DNA of 64,000 nt from Candidatus Caldarchaeum sp. (GTDB taxonomy: Archaea > Thermoproteota > Nitrososphaeria_A > Caldarchaeales > Caldarchaeaceae). The first letter of the stretch is position 1, and each line of letters begins with the position of its first letter. Of the stretch, positions 37,030-47,669 are shown one piece after another. The DNA lies in the NCBI GenBank assembly GCA_038890155.1, contig JAWAFZ010000005.1, forward strand, positions 505 through 64,504, written 5' to 3'. Made by a program: the position numbers and the translations under genes. A model generated the notes under the pieces. The model saw only the letters and a program-made list of their open reading frames with translations, searched no databases and had not been told where the DNA came from.

Positions 37030-38505
37030 TTGGCTGTTTGGAACAACTTGAAGCTTGAACAGATAGGCATCGTGGCTAGCCCGGCTTACGAGTCGGAGGC
37101 GATGTGCATCCTTCAGGAGGGCAAGGAGGCGGAGGTGACGACTGAGATGCTTGTTCTCATCGACAACAGGAACGGGAACAAAATCCTAGCAATATGCAGG
37201 TCGGGCACGGGCAGCAACGACTCGTTGAAAACAAACTACTACAACCCCGGCGTGGCCTACGCCAAGAGCGGTAAAGGCCCCAGCACCGCCAAGGAGTTCT
37301 ACGGCTTCAGGCTTGTCGTGGTGGGAGACGTCTCCGACGGCGTGATTAAGCAGAACAGGATGATAATAGCTCCAGCCTCCCCTGTCTACAGGTTCGAGGA
37401 GGGCTTCAACCCCATGCAGTTGTTCGGCAGAAGCAGTCAAACCGTCGGATACTACGCCACGGGAAAGCCTCACTGGAAGATCCCTGTCCTCGTCGAGTAC
37501 GTACCCCACCACATAGGCGTCTTCGGCGTGACTGGGTCGGGGAAGTCCTACTTAACACGGCATCAGATAATTCCGCTGCTCCGTGAAGCAGGCTACGACG
37601 TAATGATCTTCGACTGGAAGGGAAGCGACTACGCACCCTACTACGAGAAAGTCGTCAACATGGGAGACATAGAGCTGGACGACCAGTCTGTTTTGTCTTA
37701 CCTAGCTCAGGCCCTCAACTTTTTCGGAGGCGGGAGCATGGGGCAGAGGCTGGTCAACTACTTGGAGGAAGTTGTTTCTGAAGGCGACTGGCGTGGAGCC
37801 TCGGCCGAAGAGACGAAGAGGAAGCTGTTGAGCAAAATGCTCGAGGTCATAGAGAGAGACAACGCCGAAGCCAGCAGCAAGCGTTGGAGAGACATCTACT
37901 CGCAGAAAGCATCGAGGTACTTCGACAAGCTAAAGGTCGAGGAGCTACATCCCGTGATGGGCAGGACGACAGCTCAGCAGCTCGTTGACATGCTTAGGCA
38001 GAGCCATGTTCTTGTGGTAGACCAGAGCTTTGGGTCGAAGGAGCAGAAGCTCAGCATCTTCCTGTCGGTGGCAAGGTATTTGCGGATGCTGATGGAGGAG
38101 AAGAACAAGCTCCGGATAGCTCTTGTCGTCGACGAGGCCCCCCAGTACTGTCCTTGGAGTCCGAGGGGGTTGGAGGAGGAAACAACAGGGGAGATAATTG
38201 GGATAGCTGCTCTGGGTAGGTCGTATAAGCTGTCCATAGTGTTGGTGGCTCAGGGTATTGCGGGGGAGATAGGCATCAACGCAGCTGTGAGGCGAAATCT
38301 TAACACTCTGTTCATAGGGCGGATACATCCGCTAGACGCCCAAGAGGCTGAGAAATTCTTCGCAACATCCCTTGTCAACGCTTCAAACCTTCTAAGGCTT
38401 CCCGAGGGGCAGTTCTACTTGATAGGCAAGATGAACCCCTCCCCCGTCCCGCTGCTGATGACGTTCGACATCCCGGAGGACGAGAGGGTTGGAGCCTCCC
38501 GCTGA
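37030..38505 (+). CDS. herA: HerA-like FtsK/HerA-superfamily ATPase
   Basis: N-terminal barrel-like segment. Walker A GVFGVTGSGKSY. Walker B LVVDEA. 491 aa, the usual HerA size. Confidence 0.7.
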   Translation: MAVWNNLKLEQIGIVASPAYESEAMCILQEGKEAEVTTEMLVLIDNRNGNKILAICRSGTGSNDSLKTNYYNPGVAYAKSGKGPSTAKEFYGFRLVVVGDVSDGVIKQNRMIIAPASPVYRFEEGFNPMQLFGRSSQTVGYYATGKPHWKIPVLVEYVPHHIGVFGVTGSGKSYLTRHQIIPLLREAGYDVMIFDWKGSDYAPYYEKVVNMGDIELDDQSVLSYLAQALNFFGGGSMGQRLVNYLEEVVSEGDWRGASAEETKRKLLSKMLEVIERDNAEASSKRWRDIYSQKASRYFDKLKVEELHPVMGRTTAQQLVDMLRQSHVLVVDQSFGSKEQKLSIFLSVARYLRMLMEEKNKLRIALVVDEAPQYCPWSPRGLEEETTGEIIGIAALGRSYKLSIVLVAQGIAGEIGINAAVRRNLNTLFIGRIHPLDAQEAEKFFATSLVNASNLLRLPEGQFYLIGKMNPSPVPLLMTFDIPEDERVGASR

Positions 38506-39772
38506 AGAGCTGCCTGACTTCCTTAAGATCCCCAAGCCTCTGCAGGAGAAGTTTTTCTCAGCCGTGAATGAGGAGGTCAACCATCTCCTGAGTAGGATTG
38601 ACGACCTCTCTGGATTGGCTGAGGAGGTTAGAGCGGAGGTCGGGGCTGGAATCAGGGCTTTCAAAGTCGACGATGCGTGGAGGATGCTTTACGTAGGCGT
38701 GGTGGATGGCTCGGATGTTCCGGCTGTGGACGACAGGATTGGTCTCAGATACGGGCTGTATGCTGTAGCATACAAGTTGTTCAAGGGTCTCGAACCCGTG
38801 GAGGACGGCGAAGGGTTCTTCGGAGACAGGCTTTCGGGGAAGATCAGCTTCCACAGGGACAGCTTCCTCAAGATCCTAGACCTTGCCACAACCTACTACG
38901 AAAGGCTGACGGCTGTCCATCTGCTTAAAAGGGAGAACCCGGACTTGTTGATTGTCGACGGCAGCTTCTTCGGGTACAGGGCTGGCTGCAGCATGGTCAA
39001 GCTCGAGCCTCTTGGCTGGAGAGACACTCTATCGGACACCGTGTTCGACACAGTCTACGACTTGATCAGGAGGATAAACGAGTTGACGATGGAGTTGCTC
39101 GGGTCGGGGAGGGTTTTGGGCGTTGTCAAGCGTGTGCCGACGATGGCGATAGACGGGTATCTCTGCTATTTGAAAGGGCTGGACAAGGGCGTCGAGTTGT
39201 CTGACAGGTCTATCCTGAGCGTTCTGCTGCGGCGTGGCGAGGTGTTTGACTACCAAGCGGTTTTCGGGCAGGATGTTAGGTATGATGTGTACAGCTGGTT
39301 CAGGCAGACTGCGCGGGACAAGTCGCTCAGCAAGAAGAGCCGTGAGGAGGTTTTGAGTAAGGCGGAGCAGCGGGTAAAGGTCCAGCTCGTCGCAGACCTC
39401 ACTGAGTGGAGCCGTGAAACAGGCGGCCGATGGGAGACCTACGAGAAAAGCCCTGTTGTGGCCGCTGCACGAAACACGCGGCGAATGTTTCTCAAAACAG
39501 CCGAAGACATTCCACCTGTATGCGTCGAGCTTCCCGCGAACATGTCTGAGGAGCTTGCTGAGAAAGCGGTTTCATACGTCTTCGCCACAGCAAACCCGGC
39601 CACAGGCCTTCCCCTGCCGCTCGACCTCGTCGACGAGCTCGTCTCCCTGCCTAGGGGTATTGGGAAGGAGTTCATAAACGAGATAGAGGCTGAGATGCTC
39701 CGCAGGGGTGTGAGTAAGGACAGCCTTCTGGCGGTTTTCAGCCGGTACAACCCTCAGAAGGACGAGCCGTAG
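38489..39772 (+). CDS. nurA: NurA-like 5'-3' nuclease
   Basis: Motif I VVDGSD (catalytic Asp in the DGS context). A second IVDGSFFG element. Overlaps herA by 17 nt. 427 aa. Confidence 0.6.
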   Translation: MEPPAEELPDFLKIPKPLQEKFFSAVNEEVNHLLSRIDDLSGLAEEVRAEVGAGIRAFKVDDAWRMLYVGVVDGSDVPAVDDRIGLRYGLYAVAYKLFKGLEPVEDGEGFFGDRLSGKISFHRDSFLKILDLATTYYERLTAVHLLKRENPDLLIVDGSFFGYRAGCSMVKLEPLGWRDTLSDTVFDTVYDLIRRINELTMELLGSGRVLGVVKRVPTMAIDGYLCYLKGLDKGVELSDRSILSVLLRRGEVFDYQAVFGQDVRYDVYSWFRQTARDKSLSKKSREEVLSKAEQRVKVQLVADLTEWSRETGGRWETYEKSPVVAAARNTRRMFLKTAEDIPPVCVELPANMSEELAEKAVSYVFATANPATGLPLPLDLVDELVSLPRGIGKEFINEIEAEMLRRGVSKDSLLAVFSRYNPQKDEP

Positions 39773-39790
39773 GCTAGGGTGTAGCCGGTC

Positions 39791-40717
39791 TTGCTGGAAG
39801 TGGTCGGCAGCGTTCTGTTGCTACTTGTTTCCACAGTTGTGTTCGTGAACGGGGTTGAAGCTCTAGCAGGCCGTCTGGGGCTCACCAGGTTTGCGGCTGG
39901 GGCGCTTCTAGCAGCTGTTTTAACAGCTCTTCCAGAGACGGTGATAACGCTGCTCTCACCACTCTATCAAACTCGCCAAGCTGAGCTGGTTGGAATGGGG
40001 AGCGTTCTGGCAGCTCCTTCGATAACTCTTCTCATCGGAGCACCAGTCGTCGCCTTGTTCTGGAGGCGTCCAAACATCAGCAAGGGTGTCGCTAAAAACT
40101 ACGTATACTTCCTACTCTTCATGTCTACGGCCTTACTTCTGTCCCAGCTCAGCCTAGGCCCCTACAAGTATCTCTACGGTCTTGTTTTTCTATCCGCTTA
40201 CGTATACATGGCTCATTCGATCTATGTCGAGGAGGGGGAGGGTTTTGAGGCTGCGGGGATTTCTGTGTTTGAAAAAATTTTCGGTTTTAGAAACACGGGG
40301 CTCGTCGGGCTGCAGGTGGGTTTGTCGGCGGTTGGGCTGACCGTCGGGGCAGACGTGTTCATCGAGGTCGTATCATCGTCGGCAAGCCCTCTCGCCAACA
40401 CATTACTCATCTCTCCTCTAGCCACTTGTTTGCAGGAGGTTTTGTTGGCGTCCTACTGGATGCTGAGGCAGAAGGCCGACATATCCATAAGCCTTCTGTC
40501 GGGCGAGAACCTCATCCAGTCAACCTTCGTGGCCGGGGTAGGCATGGTCTTCACCGACTGGAGCCTGCCGACGACCTCCCTGAGTGTTTTGACCGTTTAC
40601 GCAGCAGCCGCAGCCGTGCTCTCCCTGACCGCTTACCTCAACAAGTTCAAGCTAGGCGGAGTTGTCATGAGTCTATACCCAGCCTACGTGCTGGCGTCGT
40701 TAGCGGTTTCCGCTTAG
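39791..40717 (+). CDS. Ca2+/cation antiporter (CaCA) family membrane protein
   Basis: ~10 TM helices. The alpha-repeat-like segment LTALPETV resembles G(S/T)SxPE. Confidence 0.45.
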   Translation: MLEVVGSVLLLLVSTVVFVNGVEALAGRLGLTRFAAGALLAAVLTALPETVITLLSPLYQTRQAELVGMGSVLAAPSITLLIGAPVVALFWRRPNISKGVAKNYVYFLLFMSTALLLSQLSLGPYKYLYGLVFLSAYVYMAHSIYVEEGEGFEAAGISVFEKIFGFRNTGLVGLQVGLSAVGLTVGADVFIEVVSSSASPLANTLLISPLATCLQEVLLASYWMLRQKADISISLLSGENLIQSTFVAGVGMVFTDWSLPTTSLSVLTVYAAAAAVLSLTAYLNKFKLGGVVMSLYPAYVLASLAVSA

Positions 40718-42622
40718 CTTGACACGCTCTATGGCTTTCATGACGATGCTGTGAAGCTGCTTTCCGTCTATCCTGCCACGGTACTTCTTCATCAAATCAC
40801 CCATAAGCCTGTTAGCTAGACGTGGGTCGTTCAAGTCTGATGAGCTGCTGACAACCATCTCCATCACCTCAGCTTCAACATCCTCGTGCGAAACTGTGCC
40901 GAGACCGAGCTGTCGAACAGCATCCTCAACCGTGGACGCAGGGTTGCCGCAAAGCCATCTCAACACGTCGGGCAATGCCTCCTTCGAAAAACCTCCACCA
41001 GCCAAAGCTCTGAAAACTTCCACAAGCCTTTCATCGGTTAGGTTTGCGACGTATGCTCCCTCACGGGCTAGGCTCGTAATGGTTTCTGTGAGTGTTGAAG
41101 CCACGACGCTGGCAGGCAGCCCGAGACTGTCGACTATTTGTATGAAGAGGTCCTCCCTCTCGCTGTCGATAAGCCCTTCGACGAGCTGGCGGCTCAGACC
41201 ATACTTGGCTGAAAGCCTGCGGGCGGTTTCTTCCAGCGTCTCTGGTAGGCTTCTCCGGAGCTTCTCCAAGAGATTCTCGCTGACCGGGACCGGAGGTATG
41301 TCTGTCTCCGGATACATTCGTGCAGCCCCAGGCCTGGGTCTCATGTAGACAGTCAACCCGTCGGGCCTAGCTGCTCTAGTCTCTCCCGGAACGCCTTTGA
41401 CCGCCTCGCAGGCCCTCTCGTAAACAGCCTGAAGAGCTTCCGCGGCTCTACCAGGCTCGTCGACAACCATCACCACGGCATCCATCTCACCAGCATCCAT
41501 CAGCCTCTTCAGGGAAGCCACCTCCTCAGCTGAGATCCCGTAGCCGGGCAGCTCGTCGGTGTGCAGTATGCCGTCCACGTCGGCCCAAGCCTTGGCGTGG
41601 CCCGCCAGCTCCGCACCCAGCCTGACTCCGTTAGCGGTTTCCTTCGAAAGAAGGCCGGCGAACATCGGCAGCTTGATAGCCAAGACCCTGCCTCCTCTCT
41701 CAAGCCTAGACTTCAGCAACTTAGACTTGGTCTCCTTGAAGACTTCTGTCGCATCGACGTAAGTATACGGCGGCAGCGTCATGCTTCCAAGCCTCCCTCT
41801 AAGCTCTCTGGCAATCTCCAAGAGATGGAGCTGACGCAGCACCTCGTTCTCAACCACGGGAGCTATTAGCTCAAGCTCCTGCACTCCCTTAATCTCGGTC
41901 AAGGCACCACCAGCTATCGAGACGTTCAAGTCCTGCCGGACGGTGCCCAGCCCACGCTTAACCTTCCTCGTCGCCCTCAAAACATTACCGACAGCTCTAG
42001 CGACTTTGACAGCCTCAGAAGGGGAGGATATGACGGGGGCCGTTGAGACCTCGATAAGCGGTATGCCCAGCCTTGACAGGTCGTACTCGACGAAGCCTGG
42101 GCCGGCTGAGACTATTCTCGCAGCATCCTCCTCTAGCGTGATGGTCTGTATCGGTATCTCCTTACCGTCAACCACTAGGCCTCCGCCCAGCGCAACGACG
42201 CAGGTCCTCTGGAAGCCTGAGGTGTTGGAGCCGTCTATAACGATCTTCCTCATCACGTGGATTTCGTCGACGGGTGTTGCGTTGAACAGCAGAGCTACGG
42301 TGAGGGCGGTTTCGACGGCTTCGGGGTTGAGTGGGTGTGGAGGCTCTTCATCCATCTCGACTAGGCACGTGTTGTATGGGTTGACGTGGTAGATTATCTT
42401 CCTGCGTTTCTTCGACTCGAAGAGTGCTGCTGGGTCTACTGCTCCAAGCTCGCTCTGCGCCTCTCTCAGAAACCGGGTGATTTTGATAGCTTCGCCGGTC
42501 TCCTTCGGCTCGGTTGAGCAGCTGCAGAAGAGCTTGTGGCGCGTGTCTAGCTGGCGGTGCACTTCGACGCCGACCTTGAGGCCAAGCTCCCTGTAGTCCA
42601 TTCCAAACTCCACTGCCTTCAT
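40700..42622 (-). CDS. gatE: Glutamyl-tRNA(Gln) amidotransferase subunit E
   Basis: 640 aa. GatB/E catalytic core with the inserted AspRS-like domain and C-terminal YqeY-like helical tail. Confidence 0.9.
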   Translation of the reverse strand: MKAVEFGMDYRELGLKVGVEVHRQLDTRHKLFCSCSTEPKETGEAIKITRFLREAQSELGAVDPAALFESKKRRKIIYHVNPYNTCLVEMDEEPPHPLNPEAVETALTVALLFNATPVDEIHVMRKIVIDGSNTSGFQRTCVVALGGGLVVDGKEIPIQTITLEEDAARIVSAGPGFVEYDLSRLGIPLIEVSTAPVISSPSEAVKVARAVGNVLRATRKVKRGLGTVRQDLNVSIAGGALTEIKGVQELELIAPVVENEVLRQLHLLEIARELRGRLGSMTLPPYTYVDATEVFKETKSKLLKSRLERGGRVLAIKLPMFAGLLSKETANGVRLGAELAGHAKAWADVDGILHTDELPGYGISAEEVASLKRLMDAGEMDAVVMVVDEPGRAAEALQAVYERACEAVKGVPGETRAARPDGLTVYMRPRPGAARMYPETDIPPVPVSENLLEKLRRSLPETLEETARRLSAKYGLSRQLVEGLIDSEREDLFIQIVDSLGLPASVVASTLTETITSLAREGAYVANLTDERLVEVFRALAGGGFSKEALPDVLRWLCGNPASTVEDAVRQLGLGTVSHEDVEAEVMEMVVSSSSDLNDPRLANRLMGDLMKKYRGRIDGKQLHSIVMKAIERVKLSGNR

Positions 42623-42627
42623 CCATC

Positions 42628-43974
42628 TTAATAACTGTCAAGCAGTTTACGCCGAGGCTGCGTCCTACCCCCAATCTCTCCGCATAGGTTGGTGAGCATC
42701 AGCTCACGCACCTGCTCCGGTTGAGCGTTCTCGCCCAGCCTAGCCAGAACCCACATCAGCTTGACCAGAGCAGTTTCAGCCACCATGTCGTCGAGCGGGA
42801 CCACGCCAGCCCTCAGCAAGTCCCGGCCGTTGTCGTAGACGTTCATGTTAACCCTGCCGTGCCTGCACTGACTTGTCATGCCGACGAACAGCCCTGAATC
42901 GTTGAACTGCTTCAACAACGGTATGAAAGACGAGGCGACGTGGCCGAGACCCGTGCCCTCGAGGATGACGCCCCGCAGGTTCAGCCTCTCCACGACGACG
43001 GCCAGAGCCTCCGGCTTCATGCCCGGGTAGAACTTGACCAGCATGGCTCGGTCGTCGAACTTGGGCTGGTATTCGTAGCCTTCCCCGTTTCGTCTATGGT
43101 ATTGGCTGGTGAGCATCTTCAGGCCGTCGGCTGTCTTGACGGCTAGCGGGTTGTCGTTAACGGACTGGAATGCATCCCGGCTGCTTGTATGCGTTTTGAC
43201 GACCCTTGTGCCTCGGTGTATGTGGATGATGTCGTCTGAGTGCCAGCCATGCATACAGACAACCACCTCGCCGAACGGGGCCCTGGAAGCAACCTCAACC
43301 GCAGTGATGAGGTTTGTTGCTGCGTCGCTCGAAGGCCTGTCTGAAGACCTCTGGGCCCCGACCAGGACTACTGGTATGGGTGTTTTCCGGAGGGCGAAGC
43401 TTAGGGCGGCGGCTGTGTAGCCCATCGTGTCCGTCCCGTGAGCTATCACAACACCATCGAATCCCGCCCGTATTAGTTGGTCAACACGGCTGGCCATCTC
43501 TGTCCAGTGGCTTGGCGTGAGGTTCTCGCTGTAAACCTGCATGAGTATCTCGGCTGAGATGTTGGCGACTTCAGCTATCTCTGGCACGATGCTGGCAAGG
43601 TCTGCCGCTGAGAGGGCTGGCCTTACGCCTCCGGTTCTGTAATCTATCCTGCTTGCAATTGTTCCACCCGTGCTGATTATCGAGACGCGTGGCAGGCTTT
43701 CTTTCGGGGATGGTGGCGGTGGAGGGTTGAACGCCGGCGGCCTCACCTCGGAAAGCTTCACAACCCTCGTCGCCTCATCTACTCTGACGCCTATGTTGTA
43801 TCCGTTGGCCATCTTCAGAACTATCACCCCCGGCTGGCCATATTCGTACCGTGCCATCAGAAAACCACGAAAAACCAGACCCCCTCGACCAACCTCAACC
43901 TCCTCCCCCAAGCTTGCACCGGCCTCACGCAACAACCGGGCGGCAAGTCCAACGTATCCAAGGTACTCGTCCAT
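42628..43974 (-). CDS. gatD: Glutamyl-tRNA(Gln) amidotransferase subunit D
   Basis: Asparaginase-type domain (ISTGGTIAS, HGTDTM). Sits immediately downstream of gatE. Confidence 0.9.
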   Translation of the reverse strand: MDEYLGYVGLAARLLREAGASLGEEVEVGRGGLVFRGFLMARYEYGQPGVIVLKMANGYNIGVRVDEATRVVKLSEVRPPAFNPPPPPSPKESLPRVSIISTGGTIASRIDYRTGGVRPALSAADLASIVPEIAEVANISAEILMQVYSENLTPSHWTEMASRVDQLIRAGFDGVVIAHGTDTMGYTAAALSFALRKTPIPVVLVGAQRSSDRPSSDAATNLITAVEVASRAPFGEVVVCMHGWHSDDIIHIHRGTRVVKTHTSSRDAFQSVNDNPLAVKTADGLKMLTSQYHRRNGEGYEYQPKFDDRAMLVKFYPGMKPEALAVVVERLNLRGVILEGTGLGHVASSFIPLLKQFNDSGLFVGMTSQCRHGRVNMNVYDNGRDLLRAGVVPLDDMVAETALVKLMWVLARLGENAQPEQVRELMLTNLCGEIGGRTQPRRKLLDSY

Positions 43975-44014
43975 GCCTGTAAACAGGCCGGAGCATTACG
44001 TAAAATGCGTTTCG

Positions 44015-44284
44015 CTAAGCTTCTCTGATCTTCTGGACGAGCCTGACCAGCTCTTGAGCGACAGGGCTTTCGGGGTTGAGCGTTATCATGTTGACGGCGT
44101 TGAGCCTCTTCTGGTAGACGATGCCTGCACGCTCGAGGTTGTTGACCACTATGGCTACAGTGGACGGGGCTACGCCTGTTGCTCGTGCTATGTACCGTAG
44201 GCTGAAAGCCTTGCCGGGGTTGTCTAGGAGGAACTGGAGCACGGTTGCATGAGCCTTCGAAGCGAAGACCTTGTCCAGCCTCAT
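44015..44284 (-). CDS. Small winged-helix transcriptional regulator
   Basis: VLQFLLDNPGKAFSLRYIARATGVAPSTVAIVVNNLERAGIV is an HTH/wing pattern. Confidence 0.5.
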   Translation of the reverse strand: MRLDKVFASKAHATVLQFLLDNPGKAFSLRYIARATGVAPSTVAIVVNNLERAGIVYQKRLNAVNMITLNPESPVAQELVRLVQKIREA

Positions 44285-44290
44285 CCATCC

Positions 44291-44968
44291 TCAGTCGCTC
44301 ACGACAGTGCCCGCATCGAGCCCGAGCAACGCTCTCTTCACAGACTCGACGTTCATACCGTTCACGTAGTAGATAGGTATCCGGGTCCTCAACACCATCG
44401 CCAGACCAACCATGTCGATGACTTGGTACTCGCCAGCCTTCTGCGAAATACGGCTGGCCAGCTCGGCTAGCTGTTCAAAGCTCATACGCCTGATTATCTC
44501 GGCATTCATGCTCTTTTTCGGGTCCTCCGAATAGATGCCGTCAACATCAGTCGCGACGACCAGCCTGTCCGCACCGACCACGGAGGCCGCCAAAACGCTC
44601 ACAGCCATCGTCGACTGGCCGGGCTGAAGACCGCCAGCCACGACTAAACGCCCACCGTCCGCCAAAAGCCTGATCTCCTCAACGGTTTCAGGGATTCGCT
44701 GGAAAGCCTTCACCCCCAACGACCTTGCGAACAGGAATGCGTTAATGCGTGTAGACATTATGGCTGCTATGTCGCAAGAGGCCTCGTCCAGACCCAGCTG
44801 TCGCGCCGTTTCGATGTATTTTCTCGCAGGCATGCCTCCTCCTACGACTATGACCCAGCGCCCTCCGTCGTAAGTCTCTTCCAGCATCGAGCTGTACTTC
44901 TTCATCAAGGAGGTGTTGGTTTTTTCTCCGAAGAGAACATGACCCCCAAGCTTAAGCACTACGTTCAC
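44291..44968 (-). CDS. pyrH: Uridylate kinase
   Basis: Amino-acid-kinase fold. LKLGGHV, VVGGG motifs. Confidence 0.85.
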   Translation of the reverse strand: MNVVLKLGGHVLFGEKTNTSLMKKYSSMLEETYDGGRWVIVVGGGMPARKYIETARQLGLDEASCDIAAIMSTRINAFLFARSLGVKAFQRIPETVEEIRLLADGGRLVVAGGLQPGQSTMAVSVLAASVVGADRLVVATDVDGIYSEDPKKSMNAEIIRRMSFEQLAELASRISQKAGEYQVIDMVGLAMVLRTRIPIYYVNGMNVESVKRALLGLDAGTVVSD

Positions 44969-44999
44969 AAGCCATCATCCCTTCCAGCGACCATGCTTC

Positions 45000-47669
45000 C
45001 TAACTCTCTCGTCTTCTGGTTATAAACTTAACAAGCTCGACGGCCGAGAAGAGCAAGGCTCCGCCACCAAGTATCCATGCTAGGTCGTCTATGGTCGGGG
45101 GTTGGAGACGAATTATCTGAGGCCCACCCGGTATGGTCATGATGGCAGTTATCAGAGCTATCTCCCAAAGGATTGCTAACACGAGCCACTTGTGCGGCAA
45201 TACCTTAAAGATGTTGTAGGTGAGGGAGCGGCAGTTGAGGGCTAGCAGAAGCTCGTTGACGATGAACATGAAGAAGAGCCTCGACCTCGCCTGCTCAACA
45301 CCCTCAGCCAAAGCCGTAGCGTAGCCGAGCAGGTAGATGGGACTAGCCACAACCACCACGGTTATCAGGAACTTCATCACTTCTTGGCTGAAGACCGGTT
45401 CATTCCTCGGGACGGGTTTTCGCTTCATTATGTCTGGGTCGGCTGGGCTGAAGCCGAGAGCTATCGCAGGCAAGCCGTCGGTCGCAAGGTTGATGTAGAG
45501 TATGTGGACTGGGAGTAGGGGGAGAGCTTCTTCACCCTGAAGCCCGAAAAGCCTCGACACAACTAGGACAACGACTGTTATGACTATTATCTCCACGAGG
45601 TTGGCCTCCAGAAGGTAGGCTAGATATTTCTTGACGTTGCCGTAAATCCACCTGCCAAGCTCCACGGCCTTGACGATCGTTGCAAAGTTGTCGTCAGCCA
45701 GAATCATGTCAGAGGACTCCTTGGCCACGTCCGTGCCGGTTATGCCTGTTGCAATTCCTATGTCGGCTTTTTTCAAGGCTGGAGCGTCGTTCACACCGTC
45801 GCCCGTCATGGCGACCACGTATCCTTTCCTCCGCCAAGCCTCGACGATGCGCAGCTTATGGATGGGAGATATCCTAGCATAAACGACGACCTTCTCAACA
45901 ATCTTTTCAAACTCCTCCTCAGACATCTGGTCGAGCTCTATGCCTGTCAGAACCATGTCGCCCTCCCTGTATATGCCAACCTCCTTAGCTACAGCGAGAG
46001 CCGTGAGCTTGTGGTCTCCCGTCAGCATCACCGTCTTTATGCCTGCTGAATGAGCCTTCTGAACGGCCTCTACTGCGTCGGGCCTCGGCGGGTCCATCAT
46101 TCCTACAAGCCCGAGGATCGTAAAGCCTTCCTCAAGTTTTTCATCCACCGCATCGACCTCTCGGTAGGCGAACGCCAGAACACGCAGGGCGTTGCGAGCC
46201 ATCTCCTCAGCTGCGGCGTACATTCTCCTCATGTGTTCCTCCGTGATCGACGAGGTGCTGCCATGAACGAGGATCTTCGAGCACCGAGCCATCACCACCT
46301 CGAGAGCACCCTTCATAAAGGCAATTGTTTTGTTCTCAGGCGTTCTGTGGACTGTTGTCATCATCTTCCTCTCCGAAGTGAAGGGTATCTCGTATATGCG
46401 TGGATGCGTACGACGTATGTCAGCAACATCGAGGCCCAGCTCCTCAGTCATCACTACAAGCGCTCCCTCCGTGGGGTCGCCCTGAAAGACGTACCGGCCT
46501 GCCTCTTTAGAGATCGATGCGTCGTTGCACAGCACAGCGGCTTGGAGGAGCAGCTGAAAAGCAGGGGTAGGGTCTTCGAAAGACTTGACGTCGAAAACCT
46601 CGCCATCCACATAAATCTTCCTGACAGTCATCTGGTTCATCGTCAGCGTACCCGTCTTGTCGAAGCATATCACCTGAGTCGACCCGAGCGTCTCGACAGC
46701 CGGCATCCTCCTGACCAAGGCGTTCCTCTTAGCCATGATGCCCATCCCTATGGCTAGCGTTGCCGTGACTATTCCAGGCAAGGCCTCAGGCACGACCGCC
46801 ACCGCCAAGGCTACGGCAAACAACATTACTTCCACCAAGAAACCCAGAGACAGATGGCCGGCCAAGACTTCGCTAACAAGCTCAGCCATTATTATGGTTG
46901 CGATTATCACGGCCGCCAACACGGCGAACCTCTTCCCCACCTCGTTCATCCTAACCTCGAGAGGGGTTTTTTCCTCCTCAACGCTTGCAGCGGCTTTTGC
47001 TATCTTTCCAAACTCTGTCAAACTACCTGTTGCAACCACGACACCACGGCCTCTTCCGTAGGTTGCGGTCGTCCCGGCGAAGGCCATGTTCAAACGGTCG
47101 CCTATGGCTGTCTCCCTTGGGACGGGGTGAGTTGTTTTAGAGACGGGGGTCGACTCGCCTGTGAGAGGAGACTCATCAAGTTGGAGGTTCACGGCCTCTA
47201 TGAGCCTAAGGTCTGCTGGAACCTTCGACCCAGCAGTTAGGACCACCACGTCGCCCGGCACAACCTCCTTCACAGCGACCTCCTTTTCCACACCGTCCCT
47301 GATGACTGAGGTCGTTGGAGTGAGCATTTTCTTCAGCGTTTCGAGGGTTTTCTCAGCACGGTACTCCTGCACGAAGCCGACGACGGCGACGAAGAAGACT
47401 ATGACCCCTATCACGACCGAGTCCACCAGCTCGCCCAGCAAGCTAGATATCACCAGCGCAGCCAGCAGAATGCCCACTAGTATGTTGGCGAACTGTTTGA
47501 GGAAGATCCTCAGGGCCGAGGGCCTGGGGGTGGGCTCGAGCAGGTTGGGGCCATACTTCGACAGACGTGCGCTAGCCTCCTCAGAGGAAAGACCTCGCAC
47601 AGGGTCTGTTGCCATCAGGGAGATGGTTTCTTCAACGGTTAAGGCGTGCCAGGGACGTGGCTCGGACAT
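45000..47669 (-). CDS. P-type cation-transporting ATPase (type IIA/Ca2+-ATPase-like)
   Basis: DKTGTLT phosphorylation site. TGES, TGDGVNDAPAL, MTGDH. ~10 TM. 889 aa. Confidence 0.9.
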   Translation of the reverse strand: MSEPRPWHALTVEETISLMATDPVRGLSSEEASARLSKYGPNLLEPTPRPSALRIFLKQFANILVGILLAALVISSLLGELVDSVVIGVIVFFVAVVGFVQEYRAEKTLETLKKMLTPTTSVIRDGVEKEVAVKEVVPGDVVVLTAGSKVPADLRLIEAVNLQLDESPLTGESTPVSKTTHPVPRETAIGDRLNMAFAGTTATYGRGRGVVVATGSLTEFGKIAKAAASVEEEKTPLEVRMNEVGKRFAVLAAVIIATIIMAELVSEVLAGHLSLGFLVEVMLFAVALAVAVVPEALPGIVTATLAIGMGIMAKRNALVRRMPAVETLGSTQVICFDKTGTLTMNQMTVRKIYVDGEVFDVKSFEDPTPAFQLLLQAAVLCNDASISKEAGRYVFQGDPTEGALVVMTEELGLDVADIRRTHPRIYEIPFTSERKMMTTVHRTPENKTIAFMKGALEVVMARCSKILVHGSTSSITEEHMRRMYAAAEEMARNALRVLAFAYREVDAVDEKLEEGFTILGLVGMMDPPRPDAVEAVQKAHSAGIKTVMLTGDHKLTALAVAKEVGIYREGDMVLTGIELDQMSEEEFEKIVEKVVVYARISPIHKLRIVEAWRRKGYVVAMTGDGVNDAPALKKADIGIATGITGTDVAKESSDMILADDNFATIVKAVELGRWIYGNVKKYLAYLLEANLVEIIVITVVVLVVSRLFGLQGEEALPLLPVHILYINLATDGLPAIALGFSPADPDIMKRKPVPRNEPVFSQEVMKFLITVVVVASPIYLLGYATALAEGVEQARSRLFFMFIVNELLLALNCRSLTYNIFKVLPHKWLVLAILWEIALITAIMTIPGGPQIIRLQPPTIDDLAWILGGGALLFSAVELVKFITRRRES

